A program made the translations under genes and the position numbers. From Leucoraja ocellata (lineage: Eukaryota), in the NCBI GenBank assembly GCA_036785375.1, contig JAWMAR010000204.1, positions 4,030,001 through 4,094,000 of the forward strand: a stretch of 64,000 bases of DNA. Reading direction: 5' to 3'. Of the stretch, positions 23,877 to 35,790 are shown piece by piece. Every line of letters starts with the position of its first letter. Positions within the stretch are counted from its first letter, which is position 1. The notes under the pieces are model-generated. The model was not told the origin of the DNA, ran no database searches, and saw only the letters and a list, made by a program, of their open reading frames with translations.

Positions 23877-25469
23877 GATATGGATTGTCTTATAATAAAT
23901 GGATGAAGCGGGTGGGTCTGTACTCATTGTAATTTTTAAAATGAGCAGTGATCACACTGAAACATAGAATCCTGAGTGGGTTTGGCAGGTTCTGGTTCAA
24001 AGACAGTGTGTGTTTTCCAGGTTGTTCTATTGGATGTTCAGGCTTGCAGGTTACTATGTGTCCAGATGGAACTTGATGTATCCTTCCTCGGTCTTAGAAT
24101 AGGCCTTGTTGTAACAGCGCAGAAGGCCAAAGAAGGGGCCACATTGTGAACACTGAAAGTAATAAAACGAATTTTTAAGAAATATGTCTTTACAACTTGT
24201 CATCTGTTTTACAGCGGCTCATAAAGATATCAATTTAGGATCACGATGTAGGTGCAGTAAGTTTCAACAAATCGCATGTCCGTGGATAATATTCATAAAA
24301 TTGAATCTTCACCGTGAGCAGAAAGTGCAATTACGTGGAAATCATGTAAGAATTGTTCATGCATTTAAATTTTCATGTTTATATTTCAATGGGTGGGATT
24401 CGTGATAATGTGGAGAAATTGTATGAATTGCATTTTATCGGCAGATCATCTGCCACAAGTGAAAGGAACAAACAAGAGAACTCTGACAATTAAATGATGT
24501 TGCAATTTATCCCCCTCCTCCCCCCCCTTCCCCCATCCCCTCAAAAATTCTAATAACTAGAAAGATAAAATGCCTCCCTTTTTCTTTCAGAGCTCATCAG
24601 ATTAACCCACGTAAAGAAGTTTGTTTGAGTGGGAAGGCTCTCTGGGTGAAGACGCTTATTATTGGCTTACTGACCAAAACTGCACAGTAGGATACATTTT
24701 GAAGGGCTTCATTGCCACAATGGTATCCTGAGGTGATGAAACAGGTTTTATACCTACAAATGTTTTTTTGGTGAAGTGATTTTAATTCTAAATAAAAAGG
24801 ATTGTATCTCTGATATGATTTAAGCATTAAATACATGGCATTCTAAAATGTATTTGTCTGTTCCTAAATATAATGCCAAATCTTCTATCTCTTCCCTATA
24901 AGGTAAAGTCTCCAATATTAACTCATAGAATGAGGTTGACAGCAGATCATTCCGCACAAATGTCTTTGCTGGTTATGTATAAGTGATATTCAAGTATTCA
25001 GGTATTTTCAAAGCCAGGCAAATTTCTCTGCTTTGATAGTTCTTCCAACTAACTCTTTATTGAAAGTTACCATCAAATCTGCTTCCATTGCCTTTTCAGA
25101 GAGAAACTCCAGATTAACAGCTCTTTTCCTTGTGTTTCTTCTGCAAATTTCTCCACATCCGTGCCCTCTAGTCACTGATGCTTTAGCCACGAGCAACACT
25201 TTCATCGTCCTTCCTCCATTTTATATTTCATGATATACTGGATATTGGATATACAGTATGCTTCAAATCTCACCTTCACTCCACCTCTGCCCTGTTAAAT
25301 AAACCAAGCTTTTCTCAATAAAATAGAGATTCCAGAAACATGGCTTCATTCTTGTAGATCAGCTTTGTGGGACTTTGATTTTTGGACGTAATTTGGTGCC
25401 AAGAACTGGAAGGATTACATCAGCTAGAAACCTATGAAAGGTTTATCATAATTCCTCGTTATTTTTAAA

Positions 25470-26175
25470 AACGATAATATAATTCATTTGTAGGATGTAC
25501 AAAGTTGAATAAATTTTGGAGCGATATATTTGATATATTTACAAAGCTTTTCAAGTCAAGAATAGAACCTAAAACGGAATGGATTATATTTGGAATAATA
25601 GTAGACGATATCAATTTAAATAAAGACCAAAACGTTTTTTTAAATTATGGGTTAATAATTGGAAAGAAATTGATACGTAAATTTTGGAAAAATACAACCA
25701 TACCAACTGTTAAAATGTGGATTAGGAATATGATGGACATAGCACGCCTTGAAGAAATGAGACTCCGACTAATAGATAAATATGACCAATTCTTAAGGAG
25801 TTGGTCTCCTTTCATCGACTTTTTGGAATCATGTGATGCAGCGGTACCGTAAAGATTGCTGATTTCAGTTCATGATGTGGATAGATCCTACATCTCCGAA
25901 TACAGATTTTGAAATTTTCTCTTTTAAGGGGCCTTCTCTCCTATTTCTACTTTCCACTTTTTCTTTTTTTTTTTATATACACACTTCACGTTTTTCTACT
26001 CTCTACCAGCTATTTTTCCTCTTTTCCCCTTTCTATTGTTTTCTTTTTCTTGTCTTGCTTACTTCTTTCTCAAAACATAAAACTAGAGGTTGTACATAGA
26101 ATGGATTACGGTATAACATAGTTGGCACCTAAAATTAGTTTCCACTGGACTGTTTTGTACTGTATTAACTTCTAA
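25470..26175 (+). mobile_element. L1-clade LINE 3' end
   Basis: ORF 25505-25852 FWSDIF...IIFG...KKLIRKFWK...WSPFIDFL. Confidence 0.8.
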
Positions 26176-27321
26176 TACGCGGGTCCCCAGTGGGAGACCG
26201 CTTTGCCGGCACCGGCAACGGCGACTTCTCCCGCCCGAATTGCGAGGTTGAGAGTGACCTGGAGCAGGGCCTTACAACGCCCGGCGCGGCTTTGATTTGC
26301 CGCGGACTTGCCAGCGCCCGCCGGGGGCTCCAACGCCAAGTTCCGGGGCAGGGCCTTACATCGCCCGGCGTGGCTTTGAGTGGCCGCGGACATGCTAGCG
26401 CCTGCCGGGGCCTTTGACTGCGACTTCGGGAGAGGAATGGAGAGCAGGGGAGAGATAAGACTTTGCCTTCCATCACAGTGAGCAGGAGACTCACTGTGAT
26501 GGATGTTTGTGTAAATAGTCTTGGTGTGTGTCTTGGTTCTTTCCTTGTAAGGCTGCAGACACCAAATTTCGTTTGAACCTCATGTGAGTATTGTAATAAA
26601 ATAAACAACAACAAAAAACACCAACAAAATAAATAAATAACACAAAATGCTAGAAGTGCTGAGAAACTGAGCAATTATGTTGATCTCATTGCCATTAGTG
26701 GTTTGTTGCAGAAAATGGATGCTTTTTGTGCACAGTGGTAATGTTTCAAAAGCATGTTACTGGCTGTGAAGAACTTGCAATTGGTAAGGAAGTGAACAAT
26801 GTTGTGTGAATGCAAATTCTTCTTCTCCATGCGAGAAGTAGGATATAAGTAGGGCCAGCATTTATTAGTTGTCCATAATGCAGCAACATGCACCATAGAT
26901 GTATATCACACATATAAAGCCAATGATAATGATTGTTTCATTAAACTAAATACATTACAAAAAAATAAAAAATAATAATTCCTCTCTATTTTTTAATTCT
27001 ATGATGAGATGGACAAAGCACAGAATCCCTGTTTCCTTTTTTAATGGCAGTCATTGACACATCAGGATGGAGGTGATTGAGCTTTCCTGATCTGATGACA
27101 TTGTAAATCCAGGGGCACGACACTACACCCGACTACGCTTTTTCCAGTCACATCTTTCCAGCCACTGCTCCATTCTTTTCAGGGTCTCTAATACTTTGTC
27201 ATTCTTCTTTTCTCTCTCGGTAACACGAGGAACATTAAATTAGAGTAACTAGGGTAATGTGGATGAACATTCTTAAGGAGTTGGTCTCCTTTCAACAACT
27301 TTTTTTGTGTAGAGTAATTGT

Positions 27322-27988
27322 GAAAGAAGGCGAATGGTATGTTAGCATTCATAGCAAAAGGATTTGAGTATAGGAGCAGGGAGGTTCTACTGCAGTTGTA
27401 CAGGGCCTTGGTGAGACCACACCTGGAGTATTGCGTACAGTTTTGGTCTCCTAATCTGAGGAAATACATTCTTGCCATAGAGGGAGTGCAGAGAAGGTTC
27501 ACCAGACTGATTTCTGGGATGTCAGGACTTTCATATGAAGAAAGACTGGATAGACTCGGTTTGTACTCGCTAGAATTTAGAAGATTGAGGGGGGATCTTA
27601 TAGAAACTTATAAAATTCGTAAGGTTGTTGGACAGGCTAGATGCAGGAAGATTGTTCCCGATGTTGGGGAAGTCCAGAACAAGGGGTCACAGTTTAAGGA
27701 TAAGGGGGAAATCTTTTAGGACCGAGATGAGGAAAACCTTTTTCACACAGACAGTGGTGAATCTCTGGAATTCTCTGCCGCAGAAGGTAGTTGAGGCCAG
27801 TTCATTGGCTATATTTAAGAGGGAGTTAGATGTGGCCCTTGTGGCTAAAGGGATCAGGGGGTATGGAGAGAAGGCAGGTACAGGATACTGAGTTGGATGA
27901 TCAGCCATGATCATATTAAATGGCGGTGCAGGCTCAAAGGGCCGAATGGCCTACTCCTGCACCTATTTTCTATGTTTCTATGTTTCTA
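27322..27988 (+). mobile_element. CR1 LINE 3' fragment, specific to type II units
   Basis: ORFs 27339-27719 and 27625-27891. The empty site ATGTGGATGAATGGCC is seen in type I units (~15444). Confidence 0.9.
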
Positions 27989-28732
27989 TGAATGGCCTTT
28001 AGTTTAAGAACATACTTCATATTATTTTAAGCTATAAGCAGCATGGCACAGCAAGAAATGTGTCTGTCAAGAGCTTGCTATATTATATGTATGAAAAACT
28101 GTGTGCGTTCAAGTTTTGTTAATAAACTGCTTTGAATCCAATAATCGTATCCTGGTCATCATTTTAAAGAGACACAGGGAGAATGATACGGAACACCAAA
28201 GCTGTGTTAAGTCAATTAGATTTATAGAACACAAAAACAGGCTGAATGAGTCTGAAAATGGGTCTTGACCCGAAACATCACCTATTCTTTTCTCCAGAAT
28301 TGATGCCTGACCCGATGCATTTTGCAACTCCAGCATTTTGGGTCTATCTTCGACAGAAACAGACAAATCAGCATGCCCATGACATCCAGTACTCATCTAT
28401 ATTAATGCCATTTACTAGTACTTTGTCTGTAACCTTCTATGCATTGGCAATACAAGTGCTCATCCGGAAGCTTCTATAATGTTGTGAAAAACCGATCCAC
28501 ACCACCCACTGTGGTAAAATGTGTTGAACATTTGTAACATCTTCTGCGTGACTACGCTTTTCCTCAGCGTTGCTCTAACCGCTTATCTCTTACACACTTT
28601 ACTCTATCTTATCCCCTCCACAAGTCCAAGGCAGCGCAAGAAGTGGTCTTGTGTGTTCTGTTGCGAGGTTAGATTTGCTCAGGTCAGTTCAAGAACTTGT
28701 CGATGTAAGAGAGTAACTATTCCAGAACCTGG

Positions 28733-28803
28733 TGTGGGGGGTGGGGGTGGGGGGGGGGGTGGGGGTGGAGGGGGTGGGGGGTGGGGGGGGGGTGGGGCGG
28801 GGG
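28733..28803 (+). repeat. G-run low-complexity tract (paralog 222-305 on -)
   Basis: (GGGGGT)n / poly-G tract. Confidence 0.85.
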
Positions 28804-29375
28804 TTGTACTTGTGATGGACGGCAACTCTTTCATTCCTTGCAGATAGAATTGCAATACCAGGCCATGATGCGACCAGTCACAATACTTTCTACAATGTTT
28901 CTGTGGAATTGTGTTGGAGTATTTGGTGACATGCAGATCTCTTTAAACTTTGAAAAAAGTAGTGTTGTTGGCACTTCATGATTCCATCTACGTGCTGGGC
29001 CCAGGACACATTATCTGAGATATTAACACCCAGGAATTTGTGCAATGTGTCATAACTATCGGGATTAAATTCCATTTGAAATTCAATCTGATTTGCTAGC
29101 ACCAGCTATTCTGCTGCCTTTATATGACAAATCCATTGCCCAGCAGATATAAAACACCTTGATCTGCAAGATCAAGACTAATCTTGTATATTCCCCTGGA
29201 TGAGATGTGTCAGTCTTCCAAGCTATTACAAGTGTTATTTTTAACAGACCTGTTATACTATTAATAGGAACATATAGCGCTGAAGGAAAGTGTAGGACGA
29301 ATGTGCCTCAGACAGTTTGGTGACAGAACTTATAAAGTAAAACATTTGGCTCAGTCTTTCCTTAAAATTCATTCA

Positions 29376-30412
29376 TCTATCTTCTATCTATCTATTATTA
29401 TATAAAAGTCTGTGGCTGCCGCCTGCCGTCCGTCCGTCCGGCTGCCGACTGCCGGCTGCCTTTCTTTCCTTTTGATTCGCTGCTTCTTCCTATCAGCTTC
29501 CAACACACTTCAAAACAAAGTTGCAAGACAGGAACACTCTGAACTTTTCACCTCAATGGGATATCACAGCAAGTGCTTCAACAGGAGGGGGAGGGCCAAT
29601 TGGTATTGTAATTGGAACTGCTGCAGCAGGCAAGGGAGGTGAAATTGGATTTTTTTTTTTAATCCACTGCTGAGGGAGGCAGGGGAGTGCTGGAATCTTA
29701 CATTTGGGAATGGGTTCAGTTCCGTTGGAGGAGACGGGTGCATGGTGGAATATTGGGTTGGGGATCACACCATTGGGGAGCAGACCCAACGGGTCTGCAC
29801 TTGGTCTAGTATATCTATAAAACTCTGGGGCCATCCGACCGACTGCCGTCCAGCGCCCTTCCTGCCTTTCAATTCGTGCCCGATACTTGCAGATGTCCAA
29901 TCGGAATGGCCGATGCTCGCAGATGTCCAATCGGAATGGATCCATTTGCATGTACGGCTGCCGGCTGCATTTCTTCCTTTGATTCATTGCCACGCCCAAT
30001 CCAGATGCTCAATCTCCGAGATCTTTTCCATTTCGGTAGAGATTTCGCTTTTCTTTCTAAGTATCCGCTCCTCATTACATTTTGTCGTGCTGAAGTGCAC
30101 GTTTTTAATCAAATCCTTCTCCCCCCCCTCCACACCCAAGTATTTCAAATTGAACTGGCTTCTCCATTTACATGTCAGCTTCCAACACACTTCGAAACAA
30201 AGTTGCAAGACAGGAACACTCTGAACTTTTCACTGCTGCAGCAGGCAGGGGAGGTGCCATTGGATTTTTTTTTGAAGAGGCAGGGCAGTGCTGGAATCTT
30301 ACTTTTCAGAACGGCTTCAGTTCCATTGGAGGAGACGGGTGCATGGTGGAATATTGGGTTGGGGGATCACACCATTGGGGGAGCAGACCCAACGGGTCTG
30401 CACTTGGTCTAG
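29376..30412 (+). mobile_element. Two head-to-tail non-autonomous Helitrons (29376-29809, ~29814-30412)
   Basis: 5' TC..TATAAAA start. Each ends with the hairpin GCAGACCC-AAC-GGGTCTGC, then ACTTGGT-CTAG followed by T. A|T insertion site with no TSD. Confidence 0.8.
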
Positions 30413-33400
30413 TACCATTTAAAATTCTGTTTCCAGTAACTTTTCAATCAATGAATTGCAGATCACAACCAGTTCATCTTTTAAACAAATGTTTCCACAT
30501 GATGCCTCACATTCTTTTCTCAGTGATCTGATCATGTGTGATCTTGACTCATGGAAGCACAAGGAGGTCTTAAAGCCTCTTCATCCTCCTCCATTGTTCA
30601 ATAAGCCTCCTGCACTCCACGGAACAAAGTCCCAACCTCCTTATATCTCAGGCCCCTCAGTCCCAGCAACATCCTCACTCATCTTCTCTGTACTCTCCCT
30701 CCAGCCCAATGACTCCCTGTGACCAAGACTGAACACAGCGCTCCAAATGTGGCCCCACAACGTCCTGTACAACTGCAACACAACATTATTCCAATCTCCA
30801 CACTAAATACCCTGAATGCCAAGGGCCAATGTAGAACAAGCCCTCCCCATCATCTTCCCCACCTATGACACAACCTCCAGGGAACCATGCACTAGCACCC
30901 CTACAATCCTTACTCCACCATGGCCCCCAAGGTCCCATCTCAACCCAACCTCCCAAAACACCCCTCACCCACCTGCACCAAACTCCATCAGCTATTCCTC
31001 AGCCCATTCGCCCAGCTGATCAAGATCCCACTGTAATCCTTGACAACCATCTTCACTGTCCACAATACCACCCACTTTAGTGTCATCTGCAAACTGCACG
31101 CTAAAACTGTCAATGGTTTATCAAACATATTTTTCTTTTGCAATAAATTATCTGCTGAAGGAACTCCCAGCATCTGTGGGATGGAGGGAGTAGTGATTGA
31201 TGATTCCAACCAGGAGCGTCTAGGACCAAACTCGTAGCCTCAGAATAAAATGAAGTTTCTTTAGGAAGTAGATAAGGAGGAATGTCTTTAGTCAGAGGGT
31301 GGTGAATCTGTGAAATTCATTGCCACAGAAGGCTGCGGAGGCCAGGTCAATGGATATTATTAAGGCACTTAGATAGATTCTTGATTAGTAAGCATGTCAG
31401 GGGTTATGTGGAGAAGGCAGGAGAATGGGGTTGAGGGGGAGAGATAGGTAAATTCTCGTAAACCTCCTCTGGACCCTCACCAACACCAGCACATCTTTCT
31501 TCAGATATGGGACCCAAAACTGTTCACAATAATCCAAAGGCAGTCTGACCAGTGCTTTATGAAGCCTCAGCATTGCATCCCTGTGTTTGTATTCTAGTCC
31601 TCTTGAAATAAATGTTAACATTGCATTTGCTTTTCTTACTACTGATTATGCAATTTCTCAATATAACTAATGTATAAATCCAAGGATGCCATCTACCTGT
31701 GTGCACCATTCCAAACTTGCCCTGCCAGAGACTTGTGTGGCCCCTCCTTCAGGTCCTGCCTCCTACTGTAACGTCACTACTTCAGTTACAGTATGTTGCC
31801 CCTCTACATACTCAAATATTTCTCTTCACATTTTGGTCCATGAGATTTCACTCACCATGTGTCTGCTCACTTCACCAGCCTGTCTCTGATTCTTGTCCCT
31901 CCCACAGTTTACATTATTATATGTTTCCATGTAGTCTGACAAACCAACCCTTCACCCAACTCTGGGCCTCGCGTTAAATATACATACAAACTGATTGTCC
32001 GTGTAGCAAGTGACATAATGCTGTTAATAATGTTGCAGTGTTAGTACACTGAAAAGGCACTTGTTATATTGTGTGTCTGTCAGCTCTGTGAACGCCCATC
32101 TATACATCAATCAGTACGGGATACCGAGTTGGATGATCAGCCATGATCATATTGAATGGTGGTGCAGGCTTGAAGGGCCGAATGGCCTACTCCTGCACAT
32201 AATTTCTATGTTTCTATGTAAGGATGGATTGTGTGATGGTCTGAGCTGGGCTCTGTCCACAATTGGCTGCAATTTCTTGCGGTCTTGGATGGGGCTGTTC
32301 CCAAACCAAGCTGAGATCCATCCTGATAAAATGTTTTCTTGTCATCACAATTCACTTTAAGTATTACTGAATGATTTTAAATTGTGAGAATTCTGCTCAA
32401 TATAATGTCCCTGCCCTCGTTCACCAGTGATAGAGTACAAATTGTGGTGGTGACCCCATGAGTTAGCACTCAAACGGTTTTTGATTTCACAACAATTAGA
32501 ACAGGTTGTTGCACAACATTTCACAACCTGTATTCATGGGCCACCCCTTCTCATGAGTTTATCTCCATCTTTAATATGTTTATTTGATCTCCATGGTCAA
32601 ATCTTGCATCAATGCAGACTGTACATTGAATATTACTGTCCTCTCAGTAATTTACAGTCTTTCAGTAATTATCAGCACTCGGCTCCTTAGTTCACTCAGT
32701 GCTACTATCTGGAAAAACACAACAAATATTTGTGAGTTGATCCTCTATTATTCCACATAATTAAGTGGAGAAAGAGCATGAAATGAGCTGTAATCCCGGC
32801 CCCATTTACTTTGCATACAGTAGGCTGGTTGGTTGCTCCTGGATGCACACAGTTTACTTCACTGGAGCAATGTCTTAATCTGTTCATCTATCAATGTTTA
32901 TATCTGCGTGCAATTAGTGCTCCACTTAATAAGTTCTTAATTAGTGGTCGCAGACCAGACCATCACACAATCCAACATCTATTCCATTGGCCCTATCTAA
33001 ATTTCATGCAGCCTTGGTAAAGCCACCGGCATAATTAAGGACGAGTCTCACTCCAGACATTCCCTCTTCTCCCATCAGCGATACAAGATACAAGATACAT
33101 TAATTTGTCACATGTGCCAGTTGCCACAGTGAAATGTGTTCACCGTACAGCCATGCAATACAAATAAAGAACACAACACACGATAGAGTTCAACATAAAA
33201 CATCCCCACACAGCAGAATCAAAGTTTCCCAGTTTGAGGGAAGGTACCAAAGTCAGTCTCTCCTCCAATGTTCCCCAATGTTCACCCGTGGTCGGGGCCT
33301 CCCCGAGCCTTCCGCAGTCGCCGCTACGGGTGGCCCGATGTTCAGGCCCGCTTGCCGGGGTGATGTAAGTCCGGCGTCGGGGCTGGGGGACCTCCTCAGT

Positions 33401-34777
33401 GGCTTGGTCATCATAGTCGGCCACCTCCTACCAGAGTCCACGGCTCCCAAAGTCCGGAGGCCGTGCCGGGCGGAGATTCAACGCTGGCGGCCCTCGGCAA
33501 AGGGCCCCAGGACTCCGCGATATTGAAGTCAGCGCCGCCCGCGCTGGGAGCTCTCCCAAACCGCTGCTCCACGATGTTGGAGCAGCGGCGTAACACTCCG
33601 GAGCTCCAAACGGCGTTCCAGGTAGGCATCGCCCGCTCCACGGTGAATTTAGCGCTGCCCCGCCGCTGTTGAAGCTCTGGTCCAGTTCCCGGTCCCCGGC
33701 AGGAAAGGCCGCTCCGATCCAGGTGGTAGGCTGCAAGGACGCGATTATTAAGAATAAGAGATGGCGTCCATTCAAAAGGCAGGGAGGATGTGTAGTCAAA
33801 TTATGATTTCAATGGCAAAAGATAGCAGAAACATGCAGCATGAATACAGAAGTTTCTCTTAGGTGCAGCACGGATCAGGAAGGAAGCAGAAACTTGCCTT
33901 TCATTTCAAAAGAGATGGAATATAAATGCAGGGAAACTTACGGCTACTGCGTAAGACATTAGTGAGACAACATTAGAGTACGTGAGCAGTTTTGTGACCC
34001 TGTTATTTAAGGAACAATAGATAATTATTAGAGACACTTCACAGAATGTTCGCTTGGATATGGATTGTCTTGTGTAAGAAAGGTTGAAACGGGTGGGGAT
34101 GTGCTCATTGTAACTTCAAAAAAATGAGAGCTCATCACACTGAAACATAAACATCCTGAGGGGGTGTGGCAGCCGTGTGTTGGAAAGATGATCCTGCTTG
34201 TAGTAAGGTCTGGGACCAAAACACACCAACGCAGAATAAGGTGGAGGTGGCATTTATGAATGAGACAAGGAAGAATATCTTCCCTCAAATATCGGTGACT
34301 TATCTGAATTCCTTATCCCAGGAAAGGCTGAATCGTTGAATATATTCAAAGTGGAGAAAAATGTATGATCTGTAAAAGAATCGAGTGTAATGGGACAGGA
34401 TGGGAGAGCAGATTTGGAACGTTGTATTAGCCATGGTTTTATTGAGCATGAGAGAGGCTCAAGTGCTGAATGGCCTGCTCCTGTTCCAACTTCCTACTGT
34501 CTCCGTCACACCATTAACTTGTTTTCAGCTTATTTTTTTAAAACAAACTGTCTATTTTGATATAATCTACAAATTGCAACATTTCTGCTTATTATTAATT
34601 TGACTATCTTGATGTAATCAGTGTTTTCTGTTGCACCAGTGACCAGTGGCCGTTGCAATTTCATTATATTGAGCAACCCCTAGTTATTCAGAATATAAAT
34701 TACAGAGCAAATAGAAGACACCAAGAAAAACCAACTGGATCAGAAAGGCAAGGCTCGAGAAGACTGGAACTCCGACA

Positions 34778-35790
34778 ATGAACTACAGAGTTAGTGCTAC
34801 ACTCCTGCTGCTGCTTGGAATTTGTGCAGCTTTGTCTATGGGTGAGGAAAATATCCTAGATCTTGTCATTTAGAGTCTTTTAGCTTTATAGTTGTAATTA
34901 GATTTTTGATTCATTCAGCCAGTTGAAGGAACAGAAGACAGTTCAACGAATGTTCACTTGGATAATATTAGATATGGATTGTCTTATAATAAATGGATGA
35001 AGCGGGTGGGTCTGTACTCATTGTAATTTTAAAAATGAGCGGTGATCACACTGAAACATAGAATCCTGAGTGGGTTTGGCAGGTTCTGATTCAAAGACAG
35101 TGTGTGTTTTCCAGGTTGTTCTATTTGATGTTCAGGCTTGCAGGTTACTATGTGTCCAGATGGAACTTGATGTTTCCTTCCTCGGTCTTAGAATAGGCCT
35201 TGTTGTAACAGCGCAGAAGGCCAAAGAAGGGGCCACATTGTGAACACTGAAAGTAATAAAACTAATTTTAAGGAATATGTCTTTACAACTTGTCATTTGT
35301 CTTACAGCGGCTCATAAAAATATCAATTTAGGATCACGATGTAGGTGCAGTACGTGTTCAACAAATCGCATGTCCGTGGGTAATATTCATAAAATTGAAA
35401 TCATCGCAGCGAACAAAGAGTGCAATTACGCGGCAATCATGTAAGAATTGTTCATGCATTTGAATTTTCATGTTTATATTTCAATGGGTGGGATTCGTGA
35501 TAATGTGGAGAAATTGTATGAATTGCATTTTATCGGCAGATCATCTGCCACAAGTGAAAGGAACAAACAAGAGAACTCTGACAATTAAATGATGTTGCAA
35601 TTTATCCCCCCTCCCCCCCCCCCCCCTTCCCCCATCCCCTCAAAAAATTCTAATAACTAGAAAGATAAAATGCCTCCCTTTTTCTTTCAGAGCTCATCAG
35701 ATTAACCCACGTAAAGAAGTTTGTTTGAGTGGGAAGGCTGACTGGGTGAAGACGCTTATTAGTGGCTTACTGGCCAAAACTGCACAGTAG
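34778..35790 (+). CDS. CXC chemokine copy C (intact, 98 aa); exons 34778-34841, 35308-35440, 35691-35790
   Basis: Same structure as copy A. It differs by two codons seen by eye (GAT>AAT D>N in exon 2; ATT>AGT I>S in exon 3). Splice sites are intact. Confidence 0.92.

Larger units (their letters stand above)
21691..24690 (+). pseudogene. CXC chemokine copy B, frameshifted as assembled (or intact gene with sequencing errors); exons 21691-21753, 24215-24345, 24591-24690
   Basis: Exon 1 is 63 instead of 64 nt (ATGGGT>ATGGT) and exon 2 is 131 instead of 133 nt; each loss falls in a homopolymer. Restored mature region: AAHKDINLGSRCRCSKFSTNRMSVDNIHKIEIFTVSRKCNYVEIIAHQINPRKEVCLSGKALWVKTLIIGLLTKTAQ. 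Intron 1 carries a ~2 kb insertion. Confidence 0.8.
19556..32312 (+). repeat. Duplication unit type II (~12.8 kb) containing chemokine copy B
   Basis: Same module order as type I, but it retains segments absent from type I (~25460-26985, 28203-28609, 28735-31187) and has extra insertions. Confidence 0.85.
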
